A stretch of 53,962 bases of DNA from Nitrospirota bacterium (lineage in GTDB: Bacteria; Nitrospirota; UBA9217): NCBI GenBank assembly GCA_045403145.1, contig JAXIPA010000102.1, forward strand, positions 1-53,962, written 5' to 3'. The translations under genes were made by a program, and so were the position numbers. This document shows, in pieces, positions 9,101-18,422 of this stretch. The notes beneath the pieces were generated by a model. That model was not told the DNA's origin and searched no databases. It was given only the letters and a program-made list of their open reading frames with translations. Numbering within the stretch: the stretch's first letter is position 1; each line of letters opens with the position of its first letter.

Positions 9101-9291
9101 CAACACGGCAGCTGCGAGCTACGAGTCTAGCCGCGAAGGCGGCATGGGCTCTAGCGGAGTACTGTGATCCGTAGGGCTCTGCTTCTGTGAAGGTAAAGAA
9201 TCGCCGAGAAGGCCAAAACCAAAAAGCCTCGCAGGCGCATGCGGATGAGTTGGAACTCAGAGGACAAATAGATCTGATCGCGCCGTAGTTG
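9101..9291 (+). ncRNA. Candidate multibranch structured RNA of about 190 nt
   Basis: Closing stem CAACACGGC/GCCGTAGTTG encloses at least four internal hairpins rich in G-U pairs; a terminator follows. Confidence 0.35.
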
Positions 9292-9319
9292 TTTAAACAA
9301 ATAGTAAATAGAGACTCAT

Positions 9320-9367
9320 CACGCCGTCCGACTCGCTGAGCTTCCGCATCGGGCGGCGTGTTTTTTA
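9320..9367 (+). terminator. Rho-independent terminator
   Basis: CACGCCGTCCGA...TCGGGCGGCGTG followed by a T tract. Confidence 0.75.
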
Positions 9368-9471
9368 GAAGTGACGCGACTGCCTTACTTCCCGACATGC
9401 TTGACCGTCATTTCAGTATGGTTCAAGCTCAAATTTACGTGTCTTCTCTATTCACATGCGCATGTAAAACT

Positions 9472-9590
9472 CTGGATTCCCGATTGAAGCATTCACCCTG
9501 CACTCGCGCTGACATAAAGCCTGCATTCGCGCTATGCACTCATAATCGCAGGCCGCCGGCTCGTAAACGCTGGGCGCAGGCGGGAATGAC
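9472..9590. repeat. REP/MITE-like palindrome with nested insertions
   Basis: CTGGATTCCCG...CGGGAATGAC arms interrupted by a CCTGCAC...GCAGG element that is itself interrupted. Confidence 0.75.
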
Positions 9591-9623
9591 GCAAACTAAA
9601 TACGTTGAAGTATTGTGAGGGAT

Positions 9624-10343
9624 TTATAAAACGGGCGCAATGGTTCCGTTGTGACAGGATGCGCAGGATGGGGCCACGCCTGTCGTACTCAGGAGAACAA
9701 TGCTGCCGGTGAGGTTGACTCCGTGACAGGTTGTGCATCCCGACACGAGATCACGCCCGTACCGTCCGTGAAACGTTGCAGGGTTGTCCCTTCCGGCGAG
9801 CCAGCCAACAGGATGCCCGATGGAGCCGTCCGGTCCGTTGTGGCAGGCGAAACAACTTACCCTCGTGATGCCGCCGTCAAGGCCCGCGCCGTGGCACTGT
9901 GAGCAGAGCGTTGGGTCAAATGACCCGCTCACCGGCTGCGGATTCGTAGCAAGCGTCAATATATAGTTGGCGATGTCCTGAATGTCGGTCTGGGTAAGAC
10001 CTATATGACCGCGCATGATGGGTAAATTCTGTACGGCACCATTGATGATGGGGATCGTGGCCGTCTGGATGTTCGGACCGATCTTCCCGGCGGCGTTGTT
10101 GCCGTGACAGGGCGCGCAGTGCAGTACAAAGAGTGTCGGGCCTGCGGAGGCGGGCGGCACCGATTTGATGAAGGTGCCGTGGAAATCAGGCGTACCGACG
10201 CTAATATGGCTTGCCCAGTTCTCCTGATGCCCCGCTTCCGGCACGAATGCCTTGCCGTTGTCAGCACCTTTGCCGCAGCCGGATGAGATAACGATCATCG
10301 CGAGAAGAGCAAGGCAGGTCATTATTTTTCTTATTTGTGACAT
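9624..10343 (-). CDS. Lipoprotein multiheme cytochrome c (5 CxxCH), ExtD-like
   Basis: Lipobox SSGC; CAPCH, CSQCH, CFACH, CTTCH, CASCH. The start MSQIRK overlaps the upstream stop. Confidence 0.85.
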   Translation of the reverse strand: MSQIRKIMTCLALLAMIVISSGCGKGADNGKAFVPEAGHQENWASHISVGTPDFHGTFIKSVPPASAGPTLFVLHCAPCHGNNAAGKIGPNIQTATIPIINGAVQNLPIMRGHIGLTQTDIQDIANYILTLATNPQPVSGSFDPTLCSQCHGAGLDGGITRVSCFACHNGPDGSIGHPVGWLAGRDNPATFHGRYGRDLVSGCTTCHGVNLTGSIVLLSTTGVAPSCASCHNGTIAPVL

Positions 10344-10810
10344 CGTTTGCAAGTCCTGTTGTTCTGCGTTCCGTGACAGCGGTAGCAGCTTGAAGGATCG
10401 ATCCTGCCGTCGATTCTGTGCTGGAACAGGTAATCGCCCCGGTGAGGCAGCCACCGCTCGGGAGATCCTGAATATTTTTCGCTCGGCTTCAGTTCATCCT
10501 TATACGCATGGCAGTCCGTGCAAAAAGACACCTTGTGGCAGGCATTGCACAGCCGCGACGACTGCGATGCGTAAAAGCGATGTCCGCTGATGAAATCCGC
10601 GCTGTGGTTGAACGTCGCTATCGGTTTCAGTGCTACGCCGGTATCGTCGCTGTGGCATTCGGTGCACAATGGTATGTCCGTGAGTTGAATGGGATGACTC
10701 TCCGGTATCTTCCTCTCGATCGCAAGTACGGCGACCGGCGATCCCCCGAACGTCAACAAGAGCGCCGTTAACGAAATTAACAATTTTTTCCTCGAATTCT
10801 CCCAGCCCAT
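10331..10810 (-). CDS. Pentaheme cytochrome c, ExtC-like
   Basis: Signal peptide; CTECH, CNACH, CTDCH, CYRCH, CKRCH. PHRGDYLFQHRIDGRIDP resembles Geobacter ExtC-type cytochromes (from memory). Confidence 0.85.
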   Translation of the reverse strand: MGWENSRKKLLISLTALLLTFGGSPVAVLAIERKIPESHPIQLTDIPLCTECHSDDTGVALKPIATFNHSADFISGHRFYASQSSRLCNACHKVSFCTDCHAYKDELKPSEKYSGSPERWLPHRGDYLFQHRIDGRIDPSSCYRCHGTQNNRTCKRCHK

Positions 10811-10811
10811 G

Positions 10812-12065
10812 TTATTTCCCGCCTTTATAACCATACACGAGGTTCAGGAGCGCCGTCGTATTATTAATGAAATCCGGCGTCTTGCTGTAGTCTATGCTGA
10901 AACCGGACGTCAGCGAGTCGTTGATCGTATAGCGAATGGTCCCATTCAGGGAATACGCATTTTTCAGATTGTTGAAGGCGCTGTCATAATCAAGATCAAT
11001 CGCGTCGAGTGAAAGACGCCACTTTTCCAGTTTGGTTGTTGCATACGCCCTGGTCTCGACGTATCGAAGCTTTTCCACCGGGCCTTCCATCCTGTGGAAA
11101 GAGAGCCCGGTCAGAATGCCGCTCACCGTGGCCGAAACCTTGGCGCCGTAATAACCCGCATCACCCATGCCCCGGTAATCGTAATGAGCATAATCGGCGA
11201 CGCAGCCCAGATTGTCGTTTATCCGGTAATCGACTGCCCCACCCGCTTTCGTAAGCTGTTCACCCGGGCCTAAAAAATCCGGCGAGAACACCGAAAGCGT
11301 CCGCGCGGAAAATGCATCGTCAAATCGAGATTGAATGAACAACGCGGACAGGATCAGTCGCTCCGCGGGGAAAATGCGAAGGTTATACGAATGCTCCCGC
11401 CACCCTTCTGTTAAATTGTTGTAGGAGGATTGTCCCTTGATCTCGACCTTTTTGACCGGAAGCAGCCAGATGTCCAAGCCGCCTTCTTCGCGAAAGCGAT
11501 TGCCATCGTTGGCTTCCGTGAGAACGGAAACACCGAGTTCACCCTTGTTTTGAATTCTCTGAAATATCCTTCCGCCGTAGACTGCATCGCCGGCCCTCGA
11601 ATCGAATTCCGTCTCAACCGGCGCCCCCCCGAACAGGGAAACTCCGGTACGAGGCGTAATCTCCCACCGTGTCGCGATGCCGTCTATTTGCTCTGATGCG
11701 ATTCCCTCAAATACGAATTGCCTGCCTGCGGTCAGCAACAGCCTCCTGTCGGCATAAGGCGAGTACTTTAAAAAGGCATAGGTCAGTTCGTCGCGGGTCT
11801 TCTTTTCAAACTGCGAGGTCTTGAAATCGTGCCCGAGCCATCCCGAGAGATAAAGGTTTACCTGTCCGTTTTGAAGGTTTCTGCTTTCCAATTCAACGTA
11901 CTCGTAGAGCGGCGTAAATCTGTTGTCACGCGCATCCTGGTAAAACTTGAGATAGGTTTTTGAGGTGAAGTCGTTTTCCGCGGCAAAGACCGGCGCAGCG
12001 AGAGAGAGGACCAAGAATAAAAAAGAGGGCAGAACTCTATGCATGGGGCGCGGCATTTGAAACAT
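10812..12065 (-). CDS. Outer-membrane beta-barrel of a porin-cytochrome complex (ExtB-like)
   Basis: Signal peptide, amphipathic beta-strands, PLYEY and GRQFVFEG...IDG motifs; directly upstream of the multiheme cytochromes. Confidence 0.75.
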   Translation of the reverse strand: MFQMPRPMHRVLPSFLFLVLSLAAPVFAAENDFTSKTYLKFYQDARDNRFTPLYEYVELESRNLQNGQVNLYLSGWLGHDFKTSQFEKKTRDELTYAFLKYSPYADRRLLLTAGRQFVFEGIASEQIDGIATRWEITPRTGVSLFGGAPVETEFDSRAGDAVYGGRIFQRIQNKGELGVSVLTEANDGNRFREEGGLDIWLLPVKKVEIKGQSSYNNLTEGWREHSYNLRIFPAERLILSALFIQSRFDDAFSARTLSVFSPDFLGPGEQLTKAGGAVDYRINDNLGCVADYAHYDYRGMGDAGYYGAKVSATVSGILTGLSFHRMEGPVEKLRYVETRAYATTKLEKWRLSLDAIDLDYDSAFNNLKNAYSLNGTIRYTINDSLTSGFSIDYSKTPDFINNTTALLNLVYGYKGGK

Positions 12066-12168
12066 GACCGGTCTCCAATGTCATCTCAGCGAAAGCGTTT
12101 CAGATCCGTTCTTCGGAACAACGATGGTTCGGTTTAGAGGTGTGCCTCGACCTTCCAACACGGCGGAT

Positions 12169-12576
12169 TCAGTTTTTTTGACGGGCCAGCTCGTCGAAGT
12201 TTGCCTTTTTGAGTGTTTCCACGACCCTGGATTGGGCCGTCGCCCACACGGGATGGATCGGACAATGCTTCGAAAAATCACACTTCTTTTTATCCACGAG
12301 GCAAATGTTCATGGCCGGTTTTCCTTCGATCGCCTCGAGCACGTCCAGTACGGATATCTCCTTCGCCTGCCGGGCGAGTGAAAAACCGCCTTTGACGCCT
12401 CGGTACGATCGTATTATCTTTGCCTTCACCAGTTTCTGGAGGATCTTGGCCAAAAAGCTTCTGGGTATCTTATATTCCTCGGAAATCTCGTTAACGAAAC
12501 TGATCTTTTTGAAAGGCTGGCGGGCAAGATACAATACACTGCGAATCCCGTAATCACCCTCACGCGTTACTTGCAT
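12169..12576 (-). CDS. Rrf2-family transcriptional regulator
   Basis: SFLAKILQKLVKAKIIRSYRGVKGGFSLA; three C-terminal Cys (C-x6-C-x5-C). Confidence 0.93.
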   Translation of the reverse strand: MQVTREGDYGIRSVLYLARQPFKKISFVNEISEEYKIPRSFLAKILQKLVKAKIIRSYRGVKGGFSLARQAKEISVLDVLEAIEGKPAMNICLVDKKKCDFSKHCPIHPVWATAQSRVVETLKKANFDELARQKN

Positions 12577-12582
12577 GGTTTT

Positions 12583-12610
12583 AGTATATCGAACCGGAGT
12601 CCGTTGTCAA
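12583..12610 (-). promoter_or_regulatory. Sigma-70 promoter of the rrf2 operon, apparently leaderless
   Basis: TTGACA-N16-TATACT ending 6 nt before the ATG. Confidence 0.6.
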
Positions 12611-12704
12611 GCAATACACTCCGTATTTTTTACCGCCCGTTGAACCGGTCTTTTGGAAGTATATTCCAAAATCTTTTATGCTATAATGACCATCGGGAGG
12701 TTTC

Positions 12705-13442
12705 ATGCGTTCATCGTCCATCACGGCTCTTTTCCTGGCAAGTTGCCTTGTCCTCACGGTCTCCTTACCCTCCTCCCTCGTCCCCGTGGCCTTTGCCGGC
12801 AATAACGCAAGTCCGGGAAAACCGTCAATGCTTTCCTCTGTCGAGCTTGCCCGGCTGTCGGGGACTGCCGCGCTTTCCGGGACCGTTGCACCGGAAAGAG
12901 CCGGCGCCCGGGTCACGCTTTTATATGAAGGAAAAGAACATGCTGCGACGACGGTCGGTCCGGGAGGGAAATATGAATTCACCGCGCTCAGGGCCGGTAT
13001 TTATACTCTCCAGGCGGAAGCCCCGGGGTACGCCGTCGACAGCGTGGAGGTGCGCATACCGGAAAATCAAAAAGCCGCGCAAAATATCAGGCTCCTTTTC
13101 GTCTCGTCCATTGACGGAGTCGACTGGGGCAGAGGGACTATCCGCGCCAAAGGCAGAGGACTATTTCCGACCGACGCCACGAATCGGACGGTGAGGTACG
13201 AACTGGCCAAACGCGCCGCGCTGAGCGAAGCTGAGCGAAATCTCCTCAAGATTATCGAACAGCTCAAGGTAGGCCCGAACCAGGACCTGAGAACAACAGC
13301 GGCCTCTTTTACAGTGCGGCTTCAGGGGTTCATCCACGGCCACAAAATCGTAGGAGAACGGGAACTGGACAGCGGGGTGGAAGTTGAGCTGGAGCTGCCT
13401 CTAACCGGCACGGCCGGATTGACCAGACTCCTTGCCGACTGA
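12705..13442 (+). CDS. Secreted carboxypeptidase-regulatory-like plus LPP20-like domain protein
   Basis: GGAGG RBS and signal peptide; GKYEFTALRAGIYTLQAEAPGY; VDWGRGTIRAKGRG...AKRAA...RNLL resembles the paralogues at 35.4 and 39.3 kb. Confidence 0.7.
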   Translation: MRSSSITALFLASCLVLTVSLPSSLVPVAFAGNNASPGKPSMLSSVELARLSGTAALSGTVAPERAGARVTLLYEGKEHAATTVGPGGKYEFTALRAGIYTLQAEAPGYAVDSVEVRIPENQKAAQNIRLLFVSSIDGVDWGRGTIRAKGRGLFPTDATNRTVRYELAKRAALSEAERNLLKIIEQLKVGPNQDLRTTAASFTVRLQGFIHGHKIVGERELDSGVEVELELPLTGTAGLTRLLAD

Positions 13443-13467
13443 CCCGCGCTGTCCGCAAAACAACACC

Positions 13468-14022
13468 ATGGCGGAAATTCGTCCCCCCCTCTCCGTGAAG
13501 CTCTTCATCGGGATGCTGTCGCCCGAACCTGCGCTGTTTGACGCCTGCGCCGAAATACTCTCCCGTGCCTATGGTCCGCTCGATTTTTCGAGCGAGGTCA
13601 TGCCCTGGGACAATACGGATTACTATCGGGACGAAATGGGACCGGGCATTGTCAGAAAATTTTTATTTTTTGAACCGCTGATGGACCCGGGGAAAATGCC
13701 GTCGATAAAAAAATTCACCGCGTCCCTTGAAAAAGATTTTGCCGTCCCTGCCGGACACATTGTCCGGCGGAGAATCAACCTTGACCCGGGCTACGTCACC
13801 GAAGCCAAGGTCGTGCTCGCGACCGCCAAAGACTTCGCGCACCGGATCTATATCGGCGAAAACATCTACGCGGAGGTAACACTGAGGTACAGCTTGAAAG
13901 AACTGAGTTTTGCACCTCTTGCGCATACATACCCCGATTTTAGTACGGCTGTCTATCTTGCGCTGTTCAACAGAGTCCGGGAAAACCTGAGAAGAAATCT
14001 CGGCAAGAAGAAGCGGCGATGA
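13468..14022 (+). CDS. DUF4416 family protein
   Basis: TDYYRDEMG, RRINLDPGY, KDFAHRIYIG and TYPDF motifs. Confidence 0.8.
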   Translation: MAEIRPPLSVKLFIGMLSPEPALFDACAEILSRAYGPLDFSSEVMPWDNTDYYRDEMGPGIVRKFLFFEPLMDPGKMPSIKKFTASLEKDFAVPAGHIVRRRINLDPGYVTEAKVVLATAKDFAHRIYIGENIYAEVTLRYSLKELSFAPLAHTYPDFSTAVYLALFNRVRENLRRNLGKKKRR

Positions 14023-14042
14023 TCTTCCAAATGAGCGCGGAA

Positions 14043-14573
14043 TTATGAGCTGGGGGAGGATGCGGCGGCCGGTAATGACTTGCCGGACGAGGACGTCTCG
14101 ACTGACAAGAAGGTTTTTGCGGACTGCATGGTGTCCGGGGGAATGAATTCACGAATCATCAGGTGGATGTGGTCGTAGGGCGTGATTTTCTTCTCGATGA
14201 AGCTGAAGCTGGCGTTGTTCCACGACTGAAACTCTTTTACCGACTGCCTGATTTGTTCATGGACCATCATTTCGATGACTTCGTAAGTCACCCTGCCCAT
14301 CTTGAGCAGGATCACGCCCAAGGGTAAATGGATGTTCCTTTTTTGAGTTTTCAGGCTCTCCATCAATTCCTCGTCGGTGATCAACCCGTCCTCAACCAGA
14401 AGATCGCCGATTGCGCGCGAATACGGAGAAGAAGCCTGGAGAATCTTCCCACCGTGCACAAGAAGGGTGCCGATATTATTTCCGGACTCGATGACCAGTT
14501 CCCCCGTCCGCGCCCTGACACCGAGCAGCAGGAGAACGTCCCCGAACGTAAGGCCCAATAAATTGTTCTTCAT
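14043..14573 (-). CDS. DUF4388 (PatA-N-like) domain protein
   Basis: DVLLLL...RTGELVI...GGKILQA...IGDLLVEDGLI pattern. Confidence 0.75.
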   Translation of the reverse strand: MKNNLLGLTFGDVLLLLGVRARTGELVIESGNNIGTLLVHGGKILQASSPYSRAIGDLLVEDGLITDEELMESLKTQKRNIHLPLGVILLKMGRVTYEVIEMMVHEQIRQSVKEFQSWNNASFSFIEKKITPYDHIHLMIREFIPPDTMQSAKTFLSVETSSSGKSLPAAASSPSS

Positions 14574-14669
14574 GGAGTGCTATTTAATCATAAAAGGGAG
14601 GAAGTGTCAAACGGGATTATAACGGCCGTATTCGCGCAGAAACGGTCTTATCACGATGCTTTCCCATTG

Positions 14670-15101
14670 TCATGCCGATTTCAGTTTTACCTGCTGCGCT
14701 ACGGCGCTGCCGTTGCCGTCCCGCGCTGCGGTCTCATCCGAACTCTCAAGAGCCGCTTTTACAATTCTGCCCAATTCTTTTGCCTTGACCGGCTTGTTCA
14801 CATACTCAAAAACGCCAAGACTGAGCGATTTCAAATAGGTCTCTACTGCGCCGTACGCTGTAAGCATCACCACCGGAACTGACGGGAGCATCTGCTTCAA
14901 CTGGACCAGAAACTCCAACCCGTCCATTCCCGGCATGCGGTAGTCGGTAATCACGAGGTCCACTGCCGTCCCCTCACGGATCGCACAGAGGGCGGACTTG
15001 GCGTCAGGCTGGGCGAGAACCTTATAGCCGAACCGGTTCATGATCTCCCCGAGACTCCGCAGATTCTCGAGTTCATCGTCCACCAAGAGTACTGTTTTCA
15101 T
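14670..15101 (-). CDS. Single-domain response regulator
   Basis: LLVDDE, ITDYRMPGMDG and YVNKP receiver motifs. Confidence 0.93.
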   Translation of the reverse strand: MKTVLLVDDELENLRSLGEIMNRFGYKVLAQPDAKSALCAIREGTAVDLVITDYRMPGMDGLEFLVQLKQMLPSVPVVMLTAYGAVETYLKSLSLGVFEYVNKPVKAKELGRIVKAALESSDETAARDGNGSAVAQQVKLKSA

Positions 15102-15243
15102 GGGTTGTCTTCTCCGTCTCCGATGACGCAGTTCGTTGCGCCCTTACTCATAACTGTTACGTGCCTAATTTTCTCTTATCCCGGTATGAACGCCGAACTA
15201 CCCACGAGAGAAACGTGTTTATTCCGAACATAATGGATTACAT

Positions 15244-15259
15244 TGCAAATGAAGTGCCC
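15244..15259 (-). promoter_or_regulatory. Sigma-54 -24/-12 promoter
   Basis: GGGCAC-TTCAT-TTGCA on the minus strand, upstream of the receiver gene. Confidence 0.6.
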
Positions 15260-15384
15260 TTGTATGAAGGCCTGAAATCAGGAAGTTAGAAAATGTCGAA
15301 GCCCGGAATCAGACAGTAAGAAAGGCAGGTTGACATTGAGCAGCAATGATAACCTGTTGATTTACAAGAAAAACTCAGTAGTGT

Positions 15385-16806
15385 CTAATTCTGGACAGCG
15401 AGTCGTTCCAGCCCACCGTGCAGGTTTTGCTGCGCAGCACCTGACTCCGCGCGCGTATCCAGTTGGATTCCATGCTTCTGGAGCTTGCTGTAGAGTGTCG
15501 ACCGGGGGATCCGAAGGATTTTTGCGGCAAGGTGCTTATTGCCGTGACAATCCCGAAGGGTTTTGAGAATCAGGTCTTTTTCCGTGTCCCGCAATGACAT
15601 CGTCTCATGGTTCTGTTGCTGCTCAACCTGTCTGTCCTGAATATTTTCAGGAAGGTCCGTGGGCATGATCTGCGTTCCTTTCGCCATGACCATGGCGTAC
15701 TCAACTGCATTCACCAGCTCTCTGACATTTCCCGGCCAAGAATATCGAAGGAGAAGATCAAGCGCATAAGGCGATACGGACTGTACCCGGCTCCGCCCCT
15801 TGAAGCGCTCCATGACATGACTGATCAGGAGGGGAATATCGCTGGGCCGCTCGCGCAGTTCCGGAAGCATGATCGTGATGACGTTCAAACGGTAGTACAG
15901 GTCATCGCGAAAATGCCTCTTGGCCACAGCTTCCTTGAGGCTCACATTCGTCGCTGCAACCAGCCGGAAATCCACATAAATCGATTTGGTACCGCCAATC
16001 CGCTGTAAGGTGTGTTCTTCCAGGACCCGAAGCAGCTTTACCTGGGACGCGAGCGGCATGGTGTCGATCTCATCGAGAAACAGCGTCCCGCCTGCCGCGG
16101 CCTCGACCCTGCCGATGGTCCGCTGGATCGCGCCCGTATACGCGCCCTTTTCATGACCAAACAGTTCGTTCTCGATGAGGGTCTCGGTGAATACGCCGCA
16201 GTTTACCGCCTGGAACGGACCATCGCTCCGAAGCGAGTGGTTATGGATCGCCCTGGCCACGAGTTCCTTGCCCGTCCCGCTTTTTCCCTGAATGAGGACG
16301 GTGCTGTCCGACGGAGCAATGTTTTCGATTATTTCGCGGATGCGTTCAATCTTGGGGTGCGTTCCGATGATATCGTAGTTCTTCTTTAAGCGCCGGAGTT
16401 CACCCCTAAGCTGCTTGTTTTCCACGAGAGAATCGTAATAGGCGCGGGCCCGGTCCAGGATTTGGAGAAGGTGGGGCGGAGAATATGGTTTGGAAAGAAA
16501 ATCAAAGGCGCCCATTTTCATGGCTTCCACCGCAAAATCGATGGTTCCTTTTCCGCTGACCATGATTACCTGGGTTTCGGGGGTGCGTGTCTTTATAGAT
16601 TTAAGCAGCTCTATGCCGGTAATATCCGTGAGCATCAGGTCGGTGATGACGACGCTAAAGTCGTCCTGCAGCGCCTTGTCAAGAGCGATAGTGCCGCTTT
16701 CCGCGAGCTCGATCTGGTATTTATCGTCCCGGCTTACTATGCTGTGAAGGGAATCAAGCACCAGGGGTTCGTCATCAACAAGGAGCACCTTCGCTTTTGT
16801 TCTCAT
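15385..16806 (-). CDS. NtrC-family sigma-54-dependent response regulator
   Basis: Receiver domain, GKSGTGKE, ELFGHEKGAYTGA, WPGNVREL and a Fis-type HTH. Confidence 0.95.
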   Translation of the reverse strand: MRTKAKVLLVDDEPLVLDSLHSIVSRDDKYQIELAESGTIALDKALQDDFSVVITDLMLTDITGIELLKSIKTRTPETQVIMVSGKGTIDFAVEAMKMGAFDFLSKPYSPPHLLQILDRARAYYDSLVENKQLRGELRRLKKNYDIIGTHPKIERIREIIENIAPSDSTVLIQGKSGTGKELVARAIHNHSLRSDGPFQAVNCGVFTETLIENELFGHEKGAYTGAIQRTIGRVEAAAGGTLFLDEIDTMPLASQVKLLRVLEEHTLQRIGGTKSIYVDFRLVAATNVSLKEAVAKRHFRDDLYYRLNVITIMLPELRERPSDIPLLISHVMERFKGRSRVQSVSPYALDLLLRYSWPGNVRELVNAVEYAMVMAKGTQIMPTDLPENIQDRQVEQQQNHETMSLRDTEKDLILKTLRDCHGNKHLAAKILRIPRSTLYSKLQKHGIQLDTRAESGAAQQNLHGGLERLAVQN

Positions 16807-17115
16807 GTCACGGTCCCACCTTTATCTGTTTGCGCTATGTGACGTTCCGCAGCCTCAGCAGCTCCTTCACCCGGTATTTCAGATCGCCGGAGCGAAGACA
16901 GCGGTCAATTTCTTTGCTCATGGAGTTCCGGGAATATCTGCGGAACCGGACGATGGGATGCCAATCACTTCTGTCCCGACTCGGATTCAAACCAGTGTCA
17001 TGTTACTTGTCGGAATATACCGGTAAAAACTTTAGCTTTTTGCGAGGGCGCTCTGGTAGCCGGACCACGGGCTCACAGCACCGATGCACCAGCAAATGAT
17101 TTTTGCTTCTTCCTG

Positions 17116-18216
17116 TCAAGAAGCCGGCGGCAGTGTTATGACAAATTTTGTTCCCTGCCCGTCCTTGCTGGAAACGGCGATTTCGCCGTTATGCTGTTTG
17201 ATGACATTATAGCAGATAGCAAGGCCGAGCCCTGTGCCCCGACGCTCTATCCTTTTCTTGGTGGTGAAGAAAGGCTCGAAAATTTTCGCAATGTCCTTTG
17301 CTGCGATCCCCGACCCCGTATCGGCAACCTCAACAGTAAAACGGGCCGGATCGCAGAAAGTCGTAAGAACGATGCTTCCTCCCGGCATCAAGGCATCAAG
17401 CGAGTTCTTTATCAGATTTTCAAAGACCCGGCGTAACATACGCTCTGATCCCATGACCAGTCTGTCCCGGTGTCCATAATGTCTCACTACCTCGATGCGG
17501 TTTTCAGTCATATGCTTTTCAAAGAGCTGCAGAGACGTTTCGATGACATGGCGGAGGTCCACAGGCAAAAAGGCATCTGTCTGGGGCCGTGAAAATTCGA
17601 GCAGGTCCTTCGTAAGCTCGGCAAGGTTATCTATACCTGTCTGGATTTTCTCCAGATATTCTTTTTTTGCGAAATCAGCAGGCAAGGATTCAAAGAGCAG
17701 ATAGAGATAGTTGTTGATGTAATGGAGCGGGTTGTTTATCTCATGGGCAATCTCCGCAGCAAGCGTTCCGATCGCCGCCATCTTTTCGGACTGCGCCATC
17801 AGGTCTTTGATCCGTTTCTGCTCGGTTATGTCCCGAAAAACATGCACAGCGCCCCGGGGTTCCCCCGCTGCGTCGTAACTGGGGAACAGTGATACAGCGA
17901 ATAGTGCCCCCCTGATTTCGACGGTCTGCTCCTGTTGCGCCTGCCCGGTGGTGAGAACGGGCGTGGAGGGTACGGCTGAGGGCGGCGGATACGCATGAAT
18001 TACATCGGAGATGCGGACGCCGATGAGCTCGTCATAGGATTTTTGCAGCCGCGCGCTGAATGACCGGTTGACCCGAATAATTCTGGCGTCCCTGTCGAGG
18101 ATGCAGATCATGTCGGGACTGGAGTCAAATATGTTTTGCCAGTCATCCCTGGCCTTGACAACCTGTTCGAACAACCGATCTGTTTCGGCGGGATTTTTGG
18201 GAAGGTCCGTAGACAT
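17116..18216 (-). CDS. PAS-domain sensor histidine kinase
   Basis: PAS domain, H-box AHEINNPL, and NLIKNSLDA, DTGSGI, FEPFFTTK, GTGLGL boxes. Confidence 0.95.
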   Translation of the reverse strand: MSTDLPKNPAETDRLFEQVVKARDDWQNIFDSSPDMICILDRDARIIRVNRSFSARLQKSYDELIGVRISDVIHAYPPPSAVPSTPVLTTGQAQQEQTVEIRGALFAVSLFPSYDAAGEPRGAVHVFRDITEQKRIKDLMAQSEKMAAIGTLAAEIAHEINNPLHYINNYLYLLFESLPADFAKKEYLEKIQTGIDNLAELTKDLLEFSRPQTDAFLPVDLRHVIETSLQLFEKHMTENRIEVVRHYGHRDRLVMGSERMLRRVFENLIKNSLDALMPGGSIVLTTFCDPARFTVEVADTGSGIAAKDIAKIFEPFFTTKKRIERRGTGLGLAICYNVIKQHNGEIAVSSKDGQGTKFVITLPPAS

Positions 18217-18422
18217 AAAACATCCTTTTGGGCATATATGACTTAGTCCTTACAGGATTATAGCCAAGGTGGCGCGGATGTCAAGGAAATGACGAGCACG
18301 CTGCTGCCTGCTCGTTTGCCGGTAAAATCCCCCTCTGTCGGAACGGTTATAAAGCACCGTTTCCCGACGAAACGTTGAATAAACCCTTCTCCAGAAGCAT
18401 AGCCGCCTAAAGATAAAGAACC

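Noticed and set aside
9095-9130. Amber stop followed by RNA structure (possible readthrough or pyrrolysine signal)
   Set aside because: Another in-frame TAG follows after about 10 codons, and no pyl genes are seen.
9101-9291. Assignment of the structured region to a lysine or cobalamin riboswitch, 6S RNA or SRP RNA
   Set aside because: The conserved core motifs are not found, and a 3' position between convergent genes does not fit a riboswitch. It is kept only as an unassigned candidate.
16835-16990. 51-codon TTG-start ORF between the kinase and the NtrC-like gene
   Set aside because: No clear RBS or motif, so it cannot be supported.
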